Assembly (NCBI GenBank): GCA_026991575.1
Contig: JALXBF010000058.1
Location: 1-64,000 of the forward strand
Length of the DNA stretch: 64,000 bases
DNA from: Planctomycetota bacterium
GTDB taxonomy: Bacteria; Planctomycetota; Planctomycetia; JALXBF01
Direction: 5' to 3'
Of this stretch, positions 20,818-31,234 are shown one piece after another. Both the position numbers and the translations under genes were made by a program. The notes beneath the pieces were generated by a model. That model was not told the origin of the DNA. It ran no database searches and saw only the letters and a program-made list of their open reading frames with translations. Within the stretch, counting starts at the first letter, position 1; every line of letters begins with the position of its first letter.

Positions 20818-21210
20818 CTAGAAGACGGCTTCATCCGCCGCCGTGCTAGCGGAGCGCCGCCGGCCGATCGGCAGTTCCGTCGGCTCGGCCACTTTGCGGT
20901 AGCCCAAGCTCTTGAGCACCTCGAGCACTTCGCTCCAGGTGGGGAACGGCCGGTTGGCCTCGCGGCGATACCGGTCCATCGCGTTCATGAATTCGACTTC
21001 CTCGGCGGTGTAGTCGCGCTCGCAGGTGGTCGGATCCACCAGGCGGCGACGCTCGCCGCGGCGCCGGTCCTTGCCGGAGCGTCGCTCAACAGCCACCGGC
21101 TCTTGGCGCTTGCGCCGGTCGCGCCCGGAACGGCGGTCGGTACCGCGGCGGCGGTCGACTGTCGCGAGTGCTGAATCCTCGGACGGGAGGAACTTCTCTT
21201 CCGCAGCCAT
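20818..21210 (-). CDS. Small Arg-rich protein with (D/E)RR repeats
   Basis: [15 protein letters not shown]...[15 protein letters not shown] followed by DPTTCERDY...[17 protein letters not shown]. Confidence 0.8.
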   Translation of the reverse strand: MAAEEKFLPSEDSALATVDRRRGTDRRSGRDRRKRQEPVAVERRSGKDRRRGERRRLVDPTTCERDYTAEEVEFMNAMDRYRREANRPFPTWSEVLEVLKSLGYRKVAEPTELPIGRRRSASTAADEAVF

Positions 21211-21412
21211 GTCCTAGCCCTCCGTCTTTGCCTCAGGGGGGGAGGTTCGAGCCCTGGGTCGGTCGCTGGCATACTGGGGCTACTGCAACCGTACCACATG
21301 GCCGACGGAAGGCCAGTGCGCGGCGGCGGTTTGGGGCACCGGTTGTTCACGTTCTACAAAATAACCAGACTTCCCAGATTATCCATTTTCTCGAGCCGCC
21401 ACACGGCGCGGC

Positions 21413-22510
21413 TCACGCGTAGAACCGTGCGATCACCCGGTCCAGCTCGTCTCCGGGTACGGTCGCCAACAGCTGGCGGGTATCCGCTCGATGAGCCGCC
21501 AGACGCTGGGACGGGCGGCCAACACGCTCGGCCGCGGCCGAAAGCGCTGCTAGCAACTCGGGCAGCCGTTCACGGGCAAAGCGGAACGCTTCGGCCACCA
21601 GCGGCAACACCTCCGCCAACATGCCGTGGCTTGGGCGGCTGCTCCAGAACCGCACCGCCTCAGCGGCCGCATACACTAGCGACCGCAGCGCCTCCAGGAG
21701 CGTTCCTGCTGCGGCCACCGATCTCGTCCAGGAACCGCTGCCCGCTTCCCCCTCACCCAACCCACCTGCTCGCACAACCTGGAACGCATCGCTGGCGACA
21801 CCGACCGCAGCGGCAGCAGCCGTCAGCAGCAGGTGCATGAGCAGATCCGAAGCCGCCAGCTCAGCTGCCTCCCCTGTCAAGCCCTCATTCACCGGCCGTA
21901 GCCCCACAAGACGCGCAACTGGCAGGACGGCGCCGTCGACGCTGACTTCTTCCGGGACCCGAGCAATCCACAGAACCACACCGCGATCCCCTCGCCCCCC
22001 TAGTGGGAAGAGGATGGGGGAGCGGTGCGGTGCGCAGCTCAGCGTGAGCGCACCCGATGGCTGCCCATCTTCGACAACCGCACCGACGGCCGCTGGCACA
22101 GGCTCCAGCCGCCACGCAGTGGGAGTGGTGCAGGCGAGGTTCTCCGCTAGCACAGAGCGAACCAGTTCGCTTCGGACCTGGTCGCTCCCCCATCGCAGCC
22201 CGCACGCGGTCGCCGACATGTGGGCCGCCAGGGCCATGCCTACGCGAAGCCCTTCCCGGCCGGCACGCTCGGCGGCAAGCACCAGCGCCATCGGCCCATC
22301 GCCTAGCCCGCCATGCTCGCGAGGGCAGCCCAGTGCCGTTAGCCGGCGGCCGCTCAGTTCACGCAGTACCGACAGCGGTTGCGACAAAGCTTCGGCATTC
22401 TGGCCGCACGCGGCCCGTAGCGCGCCGCCGAGTCGCTCGAGCATCATGCGTTCCGCCGCACCGGGCCGGTAGGGATGCAGTCTGGCACCAAACAACTCTC
22501 TGTCTCCCAA
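21413..22510 (-). CDS. Divergent acyl-CoA dehydrogenase-like protein
   Basis: Only the N-terminal LTALGCPREHGGLG...ERAGR resembles ACAD_N; the remainder is degenerate. Confidence 0.5.
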   Translation of the reverse strand: MGDRELFGARLHPYRPGAAERMMLERLGGALRAACGQNAEALSQPLSVLRELSGRRLTALGCPREHGGLGDGPMALVLAAERAGREGLRVGMALAAHMSATACGLRWGSDQVRSELVRSVLAENLACTTPTAWRLEPVPAAVGAVVEDGQPSGALTLSCAPHRSPILFPLGGRGDRGVVLWIARVPEEVSVDGAVLPVARLVGLRPVNEGLTGEAAELAASDLLMHLLLTAAAAAVGVASDAFQVVRAGGLGEGEAGSGSWTRSVAAAGTLLEALRSLVYAAAEAVRFWSSRPSHGMLAEVLPLVAEAFRFARERLPELLAALSAAAERVGRPSQRLAAHRADTRQLLATVPGDELDRVIARFYA

Positions 22511-22675
22511 TGGGTTAACATCGAACGCCCCAACCTCACTGCGGAGCTCTCTGAAACAGCCGGGGCGTCTTCGAACCGGTCCGAATCAGGGGTCGTATTC
22601 GCCTATAGCCATTTAGGGATTGATTGCACAGTTTTGTTGGGGCGATCCGTCAGCACCGTACAAAGGAGCTGGACG

Positions 22676-25600
22676 ATGCGGCCGGCAAACGGCGGTCCGG
22701 TCATCGGGCCAAAGCTTTATCGCTTCCTCATCCCCTTATTCGGTCTCATCGCGCTGATGGGCGCCAACAGCGTGTACTTGGCGTCCGTGACCGCACTGGG
22801 CGAAGACTACCAAACGGCCTTTTACCTTTACATGGTACTGCTGCACCTAGCCCTGGGGCTGTTGCTCATTCCGGCAATGGCCTTCTTCATCGCAGGGCAC
22901 ATGTGGCGAGCATGGCGCCACCCGAACCGAAGAGCCGTGCGGGCAGGTCTGTTGCTGCTAGCTTGCTGCCTGGTAATCGTTGTCACCGGTTTTCTGCTGG
23001 TGCGGTTCGAGGGCTTCCTCGACGTGCGGGATCCGCGGGTTCGGTCCGTAGCATACTGGCTGCACGTCCTGGCACCGCTTGCAGCTATCGGCGCCTATCT
23101 GGTGCACCGCAAGGCGGGCCCGCCGATCCAGTGGCGTTGGGTAGCCGGCTGGTGCGTGGGTGTGGCCTTCTTCGTGGTGGTCATGGCCTCGATGCACCAC
23201 CAGCCGCTGAACTGGGGCCGTGTGGGTCCTCGCGAAGGGGCTCGCTACTTCTTCCCCTCGGCCATGAGGACGAACACGGGCAAGTTCATCCCGGCCAAGA
23301 TCCTCATGCTCGATGAATACTGTGCCGAGTGCCACCCTGACGCTTACGAGCAGCACCTGCTTTCTGCCCACCGGAACGCGTCTTTCAGCAACCCGGCCTA
23401 CCTCTTCAGCGTGCGCGAGACGCGTCGGGTTGCCAAGGAGCGTGATGGCAGCGTACGTGCGGCGCGCTGGTGCGCCGGCTGTCACGACCTGGTCCCGTTC
23501 CTGTCCGGGAAGTTCGAATCACCCGAATTCGACGATCCAAATTACGATCCGTCCAAGGATCCGCTGGGCAGCGCGGGGATCACTTGCGTGAGCTGCCATG
23601 CCGTGACGGCCGTGAATGCACGTACGGGTAATTCGGCACTGACCATCAGTGAACCGCCTCTGTATCCGTTCACCTTTGCCAAGAACCCTGTCCTGAAGTG
23701 GATCAACCGCCAGCTCATCAAGGCCAAGCCCGCTCTCCATAAACGGACGTTCTTGAAGCCGTTCCATCGGCCGCGGCAACCGGACGATCCACCTGAGGCA
23801 GTGCGTCAAGCGGAGTTTTGCGGCGCGTGCCACCGCGTGCACCTGCCGTTTGCCGTCACGCATTACAAGGACTGGCTCCGCGGTCAGGACCACTACGGCG
23901 CATTCCTAGCCAGCGGCGTCTCGGGGCATGGTGTGAAGAGCTTCTACTACCCGCCCAAGGCAGCCATGGGCTGTGCCGATTGCCACATGCCGCTGACTCC
24001 GTCCAACGACTTCGGTGCCCAGGACTACGATGGCACCGGCCAGCTCAAGATCCACAACCACTTCTTCTTCGGGGCCAACACGGGCCTGGCGAAGATGGTC
24101 GGCAACGATGCGGCGATCAAGCTGCACCAGGAGTTCTTGCAGGGGAAGTTGCGGATCGACATTTTCGGGCTGCGCGAAGGCGGCACGATCGAAGGCAAGC
24201 TGATCGCGCCGATCCGCCCCGACCTGCCCACGCTACAGCCCGGCAAGTCCTACCTGGTTGAGGTCGTCATCCGCACCCTGAAGATGGGTCACCTGTTCAC
24301 CCAGGGCACCATCGACTCAAACGAGGTCTGGGTTGACGTTACGGCCCGTCTGAACGGCGAGGTCATCGGCCGCTCGGGAGCGATCGACGAAGAAGGCTAC
24401 GTGGATGCCTGGTCGCACTTCGTGAACGCTCTGGTACTGGACCGGCACGGCAATCGGATCGACCGGCGCAACGCCCAGGACATTTTCGTCAAGCTGTACG
24501 ACCACCAGATCCCGCCCGGCGCGGCCCAAGTGGTGCACTATCTCCTGAATGTACCGCCGGATGCTTCGGGCGAACTCGAGCTGACGGTGAAGTTGAATTA
24601 CCGCAAGTTCGACCGCATCTACCTGGACTACATCTACGGCAAGGGCAAAGGGCCTGAACTGCCCGTTACCGTGCTTTGCGAGGACCGGGTCATCCTGCCC
24701 GTGGGCAAGCCGAGCAAGCTGGTGCCCAAGCAGGAAGCGCCGGCCCCGCAGTGGGAACGGTGGAACGACTACGGCATTGGGCTGCTCCTGGAAGGAAAGG
24801 GATCCGGGCGGCCGGGTGAGTTGAGGCAGGCACTTGCTGCGTTCCAACGGGTTGCCGAACTGGGTAGCCCGCATGGCTTCGTCAACCAGGCAAGGGTGTA
24901 CGTTGCAGAAGGTAACTTGCCTGCGGCCATCGAGGTCTTGCGCCGCGCAGCAGAAAGCAAGACCCCGTACCCGTACCCCTGGGTGATCACCTGGCTAACC
25001 GGCATCGTGAACAAGAAGAACGGCTTCCTCGAAGAAGCGATCGCGAACTTCAAGCAGCTCCTTTCTGAGGAAATGGCCCGCGAGGTCCGAAAGTACGGCT
25101 TCGAATTCCGCAAGAATGCTGAGGTCTGGACCGAGCTGGGCGCGACGCAGTTCGAGCTAGCCAAGCTGTATCGCAAGCGCGGCAAGGCCGACAAACAGCG
25201 CAAGCTGCTACACGAAGCGATTGACAGCCTGTACCAGGCGCTGTTCTACGAGCCGGAGTTCCTTTCGGCCCACTTCCACCTGGGCCTGATCTACCAGCAG
25301 CTTGCGGGTGAGCTGGGGGCCCGCCAGCTGCGCGGCAAGCCGAAGGATCCGGCCAAGTACTGGAAGCCGGCCGACGAGATGCGACGTCAGGTGGCAGAAC
25401 TGAAGCGGAGTCGCTCACCACAGGAGATCGTCGCGATTGCCACCGCGCTGGCACGCCAGGTCGTGGCCTATGCTCATCCGGCCGCGCCGCGCGAGGAGTT
25501 CCAGGGCAAGCCCGATCTGCTGCAAGAGCTCCTGTATCGGGTCAAGCCGCTGTACGAAGCCCGTCGCCAGCGGGACGACCAGGCCACTCAGGCTCTGGCG

Positions 25601-25816
25601 TGGTTGCTCGCAACACTGCATCAAGAGTTGCACGGTCTGTACCTGCCCGATCCGGAGGCCCGGAACCGGGCAATCGCAATCTATCGTGCCAAGAACCCCG
25701 CCGCGGACCACGCGGCTGAGGGCGTGGTCATCTACTCACTACACCGCGAAAACGCTCCCGGCCTGGCCGGACGGCGTGAGCGTTTGCAGGGGGGTGGTAC
25801 GGGCGCACAGCGTTGA
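22676..25816 (+). CDS. Membrane-anchored pentaheme cytochrome c with C-terminal TPRs
   Basis: About 5 N-terminal TM helices; CAECH, CAGCH, CVSCH, CGACH, CADCH; TPR-like C-terminus. ATG 22676 with AAGGAG SD. Confidence 0.85.
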   Translation: MRPANGGPVIGPKLYRFLIPLFGLIALMGANSVYLASVTALGEDYQTAFYLYMVLLHLALGLLLIPAMAFFIAGHMWRAWRHPNRRAVRAGLLLLACCLVIVVTGFLLVRFEGFLDVRDPRVRSVAYWLHVLAPLAAIGAYLVHRKAGPPIQWRWVAGWCVGVAFFVVVMASMHHQPLNWGRVGPREGARYFFPSAMRTNTGKFIPAKILMLDEYCAECHPDAYEQHLLSAHRNASFSNPAYLFSVRETRRVAKERDGSVRAARWCAGCHDLVPFLSGKFESPEFDDPNYDPSKDPLGSAGITCVSCHAVTAVNARTGNSALTISEPPLYPFTFAKNPVLKWINRQLIKAKPALHKRTFLKPFHRPRQPDDPPEAVRQAEFCGACHRVHLPFAVTHYKDWLRGQDHYGAFLASGVSGHGVKSFYYPPKAAMGCADCHMPLTPSNDFGAQDYDGTGQLKIHNHFFFGANTGLAKMVGNDAAIKLHQEFLQGKLRIDIFGLREGGTIEGKLIAPIRPDLPTLQPGKSYLVEVVIRTLKMGHLFTQGTIDSNEVWVDVTARLNGEVIGRSGAIDEEGYVDAWSHFVNALVLDRHGNRIDRRNAQDIFVKLYDHQIPPGAAQVVHYLLNVPPDASGELELTVKLNYRKFDRIYLDYIYGKGKGPELPVTVLCEDRVILPVGKPSKLVPKQEAPAPQWERWNDYGIGLLLEGKGSGRPGELRQALAAFQRVAELGSPHGFVNQARVYVAEGNLPAAIEVLRRAAESKTPYPYPWVITWLTGIVNKKNGFLEEAIANFKQLLSEEMAREVRKYGFEFRKNAEVWTELGATQFELAKLYRKRGKADKQRKLLHEAIDSLYQALFYEPEFLSAHFHLGLIYQQLAGELGARQLRGKPKDPAKYWKPADEMRRQVAELKRSRSPQEIVAIATALARQVVAYAHPAAPREEFQGKPDLLQELLYRVKPLYEARRQRDDQATQALAWLLATLHQELHGLYLPDPEARNRAIAIYRAKNPAADHAAEGVVIYSLHRENAPGLAGRRERLQGGGTGAQR

Positions 25817-25864
25817 TCCTCCATCAGGCCTACAACGCACGGCACCGCGATCGGACGAAGCGAC

Positions 25865-27667
25865 ATGAAGCCTAGTGCAAAGACGACGTTGCTCGTGCTG
25901 CTACCCCTCTGCGCCGTCGCCATCGTAGTGGCCGCTTACTACGGCGGCTGGTTTGCCGGCGAAGAGCGACAGGCGGCCGCGGAACCGCCCCCTGAGCCGG
26001 TCCGCCTCGAAGAACGCGAACAGGTGGAACCGCCTCGGGTACGGTTCACCGACATCACCGCCGAGTCCGGCATCGACTTCGTCCATACGAACGGTTCCTA
26101 CGGCGAGAAGCTGCTGCCGGAGACGATGGGCTCCGGCGTGGCCGCCTTCGATTACGACAACGACGGCGACGAGGACCTCTTCTTCGTCAACTTCGCCCCC
26201 TGGCTGGGCCACGAGACCGATCCGCTGCCCACCCAGGCGCTCTATCGCAATCGCGGCGACGGCACGTTTGAGAACGTCACGGCCGACGTCGGACTCGACC
26301 GCACGCTTTACGGCATGGGAGTCGCCGTCGGCGACGTCAACGATGACGGCTATCTGGATCTGGTGATCACCGGTCTAAGCGGGAACCGGCTTTTCCTGAA
26401 CCAGCAGGGCAAGCGGTTTGTCGAGAAGGTCAACAGCGGCCTCACGTCAGAATTCGGGTGGTCAACCAGTGCGGCTTTTCTTGATTACGACAAGGACGGC
26501 AACCTGGACCTGTTCATCTGCAACTACGTGAAGTGGACACCGGAAATCGATCGTGCCCAGGGCTTCCGGCTCACCGGTATCGGCCGAGCATTCGGTCCGC
26601 CTACGAACTTCGAAGGCACCCACTGCCAGCTGTTCCGAGGCCGTGGTGATGGAACGTTCGTGGACGTGACCGAATCAGCCGGCCTCCAGAAGTTCGATCT
26701 CCTTGGACACCCGAAGGGCAAGGCGCTCGGCGTGGTCACCTGTGACGTCGACAACGACGGTAACGTCGACATCCTGGTCGCCAACGATACGGTGCAGAAC
26801 TACTTCTGGCACAACCTCGGAAACGGCACCTTTGAGGAAATCGGCGAAATCAGCGGGATTGCGTTCGACGTGGCCGGTAATACCCGGGGCGCGATGGGCA
26901 TCGACATCGCCGAGCATCGGCTGGACGGATCCCTGGCCGTTGCCATCGGAAACTTCACGAACGAAGCCACCGCACTGTACGTCACCCAGAACCCGGCCCG
27001 GTTGCTATTCGCTGACGAGGCAATCAGCGCAGCGCTTGCCCAGCCGACGCTGATCATGTTGACATTCGGCGTCATCTGGGTTGATTACGACCTGGATGGC
27101 TACCCGGACCTGGCCTGTGCCAACGGCCACCTCGAAGAGGAAATCCAGAAAGTCAACCCCACGCTCACCTATGAACAACCGTCGCAGTTGTTCTGGAACA
27201 CGGGCGGCAAGGCACTCCGGGACTTCGTGGAGTTGAAGCCGGAACACATCGGCAAGGACTTCTTCCGGCCAATCGTTGGCCGCGGCCTGGCATCGGTCGA
27301 TCTGGATAATGACGGTGACGTCGATCTGGTCTTCACCAGCAACGGCCAGGCCCCACTGGTGCTGCGCAATGACGGCGGCAACCGCAATCGCTGGCTACGC
27401 GTCAAACTTATCGGTGACGGCCAGAATGTACCCCGAACGCCGTACGGAACTCGCGTAGCGGTGGTGCTGCCCGACGGCCGGCGCATTGTGCAAGAGCTCG
27501 CCGGCGGCCGCAGCTACCTGAGCCACTGTGAGCTCACGCTGACCTTCGGCCTGGGTCAGTTCGACCACGTCAAAGAGCTCACCGTACGCTGGCTCGACGG
27601 CACCGAACAGCGTCGAGAGAACATCAAGGCCAACCAGGTGCTGGAGATCGTTTACAACCAGGACTAG
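25865..27667 (+). CDS. CRTAC1-family FG-GAP/ASPIC-UnbV protein
   Basis: Repeated DxDxDGxxD loops (DYDNDGDED, DVNDDGYLD, DYDKDGNLD...); C-terminal GGRSYLS...FGLG; N-terminal anchor. Confidence 0.9.
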   Translation: MKPSAKTTLLVLLPLCAVAIVVAAYYGGWFAGEERQAAAEPPPEPVRLEEREQVEPPRVRFTDITAESGIDFVHTNGSYGEKLLPETMGSGVAAFDYDNDGDEDLFFVNFAPWLGHETDPLPTQALYRNRGDGTFENVTADVGLDRTLYGMGVAVGDVNDDGYLDLVITGLSGNRLFLNQQGKRFVEKVNSGLTSEFGWSTSAAFLDYDKDGNLDLFICNYVKWTPEIDRAQGFRLTGIGRAFGPPTNFEGTHCQLFRGRGDGTFVDVTESAGLQKFDLLGHPKGKALGVVTCDVDNDGNVDILVANDTVQNYFWHNLGNGTFEEIGEISGIAFDVAGNTRGAMGIDIAEHRLDGSLAVAIGNFTNEATALYVTQNPARLLFADEAISAALAQPTLIMLTFGVIWVDYDLDGYPDLACANGHLEEEIQKVNPTLTYEQPSQLFWNTGGKALRDFVELKPEHIGKDFFRPIVGRGLASVDLDNDGDVDLVFTSNGQAPLVLRNDGGNRNRWLRVKLIGDGQNVPRTPYGTRVAVVLPDGRRIVQELAGGRSYLSHCELTLTFGLGQFDHVKELTVRWLDGTEQRRENIKANQVLEIVYNQD

Positions 27668-27725
27668 ACTGGTGGTGCGCCGCTCGGCCGGCATGCGTCC
27701 TCTTGTTGGCATTTGTTGGCAACGG

Positions 27726-29879
27726 TCACGGAACGGCGGCGATCCGGTCAAACACGCGGCGGCAGAGTGCCTCGTCCGCGAGCAGGTCATCAACGGTGAA
27801 GCCGACCAGCCAGACTGTGCCCTGACCGAATCGCCCCGAGACCAGCACAGCCTCGTCGGCAGCGGCCGTGGCTACAACCTGGCCTGCTCTGCCCGGCACC
27901 ACCGTGAGGTGCCCGCGGCATGGGTGCTCGGCCGGGCCCTGCCCCAGCCAGCGGATGACGGCATGACGGACCATCTTCCCACTGCTGCCCACTTCGGGGA
28001 AGAGCACCGGGTACCAATGACGGCCAATGGCATTTCCCACCAGCACGATCGTGCCTCCGGAAGCCACCCAGCGGCGCAGTGTCTCGGGCAGCCGGCCATC
28101 CACCTCGCGCAGATCGGTCAGAGGGGACAACACCAGGATGCTGAGGGGGGACAAGAACGGCATGCTTAGCTCATGGATTGCGACGATGCGAGCGGGCCAG
28201 CGCTCGCGGAGAACGGCATAGAGCCGGGCTGCCCCCTGCCCGTACGCGTACACGCCAATCAGTCGGGTTTCCGGACCTGCCACGGGGGGTACACGGGTTG
28301 CTTGCCACTGGTGGAAGTCGGCGGAGCCGACCGGCACGAACCAACCGCTGTGGCGTACGTAGGGCACGCGGCGGCGATCGCCGATATCGGCAACCCCCCG
28401 GAACTCAATCTGCACGGGCGCGTCCACGGCGGGCAGCGTTAGTCGTGCTTCCGTACTGGGGTCCAGTCGCACGGACGCCTCCAGAACGGCGCGGCCGTCG
28501 AGCGTTCGCACACGCAGCCTGCCGCGCACCGTTGCCGCCGGCTCGCTGTCGGTGTGGACGACCAGGCGAAGGGGGACGTTCTTCGGGAAGAGGGTGTGGG
28601 TGTAGCGGTTCTTGAATACGTCACTGATGGCCCGGAACCGTAACGGCGGCCCTGCCAGACCGGGCACCGTCGGGACGCTGCAGGCGCGGTCGCGCAGCAG
28701 AGCGAGCTGCTGGTCGATCCGGTCCGCGTTGTAGCTGAAGAGCACGAAACCGTCGGCACCCAGGGCACGGCTGAGCTGCACCTGGGCAAGTACGTCCTCA
28801 GGCGAGAGGCGCCAGCTACCGATGCCTGCGATCAGGGGCCGTGCGCCGTCGTTCCACATGAGTGCGTTCTCGAGCTCCTCGTGGAAGCGGTCCAGTGTCT
28901 TCTCGTAGTTCATGAGCACGACGAAGTCCAGCAGCCCTTCGCGAGTCCAACGGGGCCAGTCCTGTTTGACTGTGGCAGAGTGCAGGGCGATGTTCCGCCA
29001 GACGGCGGCCGACACCAGTGTGCCCGGCCGGGCACTGCGGACTGCGGTGGCGATCGCACGCACCGCTTCGGTAACCCGGTCGCGTTGCCAGGCGGTGTAG
29101 GCGGCGTGCAGCACGCCACGGCGGACGCTGCCGGGCCATGGCTCGGGCACGCGCCCGAGGAACCGTGCGAATTCCGAGGCGCTCACTGGGCCGTAATCGA
29201 AGTCAAACGAAGGCTCGTCGGGATAGCGGATGTAGTCGAGGTGATAGCCATCGACGGCGTAACGGCTCACCACCTCGCGGGCCACGTCGACTTCTAGCTG
29301 AACGTTGCGTGGATCGGCCGGGTTGAGCCAGTGAGCCGGCTGGCCGCGGCTGTTGCGGACAAGGCGGTTGTCGCGCTGGAGCTGTTGCCAGAGTCGAGCG
29401 GCATGCTGATCGGTTCGCGCGTGCCGGCGTAGGCTGCCGAGGTGGAAGCAGACCTTCCAGGCGTGCAATTGCAGGCCGTGGCGGTGGGCGGCGGCAACCG
29501 CCGCAGCCAGTTCATCGCGGCCGAGCGCGCGCGCCCACGGTTCCTGCGGGAGTAGCTGGGACGGGTACAGTGCTTCGCCGCCGCGTGCGACGCGCAGGAA
29601 GATGGCATTGAATCCGGCGGCTTTCAGTTTGCGGGCGATCTGATCCCAGTCCTGGGGCCTGGAAACGTGGATCCAGACACCGCGGAGCTCGCCCCCGGTC
29701 TCGGCCGGCAGTGCGGTCAGCGTGGGCAGCTGGAGTGTGGGGTAGTGGAAGCGTGCAGACCGCTCGTGCAGCTTGTTGCGTCGGGCTGCGTCAAGCCAGT
29801 GGGGCAGCGCCAGGCCGAAGCGGAACACGAGTAGCGCGACGGCCAGCGCGGCGCAGCCTGCGACCAGAGCCCTTCTCAT
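27726..29879 (-). CDS. Glycoside hydrolase GHL10 (DUF187)-family protein
   Basis: ELRGVW, GLQLHAW, WLNPADP, YAVDGYHLDYIRYP, QDWPRW; N-terminal signal/anchor. Confidence 0.85.
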   Translation of the reverse strand: MRRALVAGCAALAVALLVFRFGLALPHWLDAARRNKLHERSARFHYPTLQLPTLTALPAETGGELRGVWIHVSRPQDWDQIARKLKAAGFNAIFLRVARGGEALYPSQLLPQEPWARALGRDELAAAVAAAHRHGLQLHAWKVCFHLGSLRRHARTDQHAARLWQQLQRDNRLVRNSRGQPAHWLNPADPRNVQLEVDVAREVVSRYAVDGYHLDYIRYPDEPSFDFDYGPVSASEFARFLGRVPEPWPGSVRRGVLHAAYTAWQRDRVTEAVRAIATAVRSARPGTLVSAAVWRNIALHSATVKQDWPRWTREGLLDFVVLMNYEKTLDRFHEELENALMWNDGARPLIAGIGSWRLSPEDVLAQVQLSRALGADGFVLFSYNADRIDQQLALLRDRACSVPTVPGLAGPPLRFRAISDVFKNRYTHTLFPKNVPLRLVVHTDSEPAATVRGRLRVRTLDGRAVLEASVRLDPSTEARLTLPAVDAPVQIEFRGVADIGDRRRVPYVRHSGWFVPVGSADFHQWQATRVPPVAGPETRLIGVYAYGQGAARLYAVLRERWPARIVAIHELSMPFLSPLSILVLSPLTDLREVDGRLPETLRRWVASGGTIVLVGNAIGRHWYPVLFPEVGSSGKMVRHAVIRWLGQGPAEHPCRGHLTVVPGRAGQVVATAAADEAVLVSGRFGQGTVWLVGFTVDDLLADEALCRRVFDRIAAVP

Positions 29880-29950
29880 CGTGCTCTGTCTCCGCTTCGT
29901 GCCCTTCTGCGGCGTTCGTCGTGGCGCGCGGTGGCAACGCTGGCAGCGGA

Positions 29951-31234
29951 TCAGATCTTACGGAAGATGATCGAAGCGTTCTGGCCGCCGAAGCCGAAGG
30001 AGTTGGACATGACAGCGTTGATGCGCATGGGGCGTGCCTCGTTGGGTACGTAGTCCAGGTCGCATTCGGGGTCGGGCTCTTCAAGGTTGACCGTTGGCGG
30101 CGCGACCTGGTCGCGGATGGCCAGCACGGACGCGACTGCTTCGATTGCTCCGGAGGCACCGATGAGGTGGCCGATCATCGATTTGATCGAGCTGCAAGGG
30201 ATGCGGTATGCGTGCTGTCCGAAGGCGGCCTTCAGCGCGCGGGTTTCCATCGTGTCGTTCAAGCGGGTGCTTGTGCCGTGAGCGTTGATGTAGTCGATTT
30301 CGTCGAGGTTCATACGGGCCTCTTGCAGCGCGCGTTTCATGGCCAGTGCTGCGCCGCGGCCGTCCGGTTCCGGCTTGGTGATCGCGTAGGCGTCGAACGA
30401 GGAGCCGTAGCCGACGACTTCGGCCAGGATCTGCGCGCCGCGGCGACGGGCATGCTCGTAGTCCTCCAGCACCAGCGCCGCAGCGCCCTCGGCCAGCACG
30501 AAGCCGTCCCGATGCGCATCGAACGGCCGCGACACTTTCTCCGGTGGTCGCTGCGCGGTGCTCACCGCACCGAGCACGGTGTAGGCCACGAACAGCAGCG
30601 GGTCGATCCGCGAGTCGGCCCCGCCCGCGATGACCGCATCGGCGTAGCCGTATCGGATGAGCCGGAACGCTTCGCCCACAGCCTGGGTCCCGGCCGCGCA
30701 GGCGGTGACGATCGTGTTATTGGGTCCGTGGCAGTGCAGGGCGAGCGAGACGTGTGCGGCCACCATGTTAGGCAGATGTTTCAGGATCCAGAGCGGCTCG
30801 AGGGCTTCTTCTTCGAGCCGCGCGAACCGGGACAGTTGGAAGACGCCGTTCGTGGAAGCGGAGACGGCAGCAGCCAGCTCACGGATGTCCATCGGCACGA
30901 TGCCAGTGCCGATGACGACGCCGACGCGTTCGCGGTCCGCTGCGTACTTGCCTTCAAAGAGGCCTGAGTCGGCGGCGGCCATCTGCGCCGCGGCCACGCC
31001 AAACTGCACGGCCCGGCACATGATTTTGCGGCTTTTCTTGATCGGTTCGGAGAGATAGGGCGTTAGGTCCCAGTTCTTGATTTCGCCGCCGATTTTCAGG
31101 GAGTGGCCCGAGGTGTCGAAGCTCTCGATGTAGCTGACCCCGGAGCGGCCCGCCACCGTAGCTTCCCAGAACGCTTGCACCCCCACACCGTTGGGTGCCA
31201 CCGCTCCCAGCCCAGTCACCACTACGCGTCGCAT
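29951..31234 (-). CDS. fabF: Beta-ketoacyl-ACP synthase II
   Basis: VVVTGLG; Cys-His-His triad TACAAG / NAHGTST / GHLIGA; SNSFGFGG. Confidence 0.9.
   Translation of the reverse strand: MRRVVVTGLGAVAPNGVGVQAFWEATVAGRSGVSYIESFDTSGHSLKIGGEIKNWDLTPYLSEPIKKSRKIMCRAVQFGVAAAQMAAADSGLFEGKYAADRERVGVVIGTGIVPMDIRELAAAVSASTNGVFQLSRFARLEEEALEPLWILKHLPNMVAAHVSLALHCHGPNNTIVTACAAGTQAVGEAFRLIRYGYADAVIAGGADSRIDPLLFVAYTVLGAVSTAQRPPEKVSRPFDAHRDGFVLAEGAAALVLEDYEHARRRGAQILAEVVGYGSSFDAYAITKPEPDGRGAALAMKRALQEARMNLDEIDYINAHGTSTRLNDTMETRALKAAFGQHAYRIPCSSIKSMIGHLIGASGAIEAVASVLAIRDQVAPPTVNLEEPDPECDLDYVPNEARPMRINAVMSNSFGFGGQNASIIFRKI

Noticed and set aside
21230..21270. GGTTCGAGCCC resembling a tRNA T-loop
   Set aside because: The T-stem does not pair fully and no D-arm, anticodon arm or acceptor stem can be built.
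22475..22675. N-terminal extensions in the ORF track (also at 53350-53505, 58697-59158, 38898-39152, 60813-60950)
   Set aside because: They overlap neighbouring genes or regulatory sites; downstream starts mostly have good SD motifs and match family N-termini.
29711..30967. 418-aa + strand ORF
   Set aside because: Antisense shadow of fabF, expected from high-GC codon bias; no motifs of its own.
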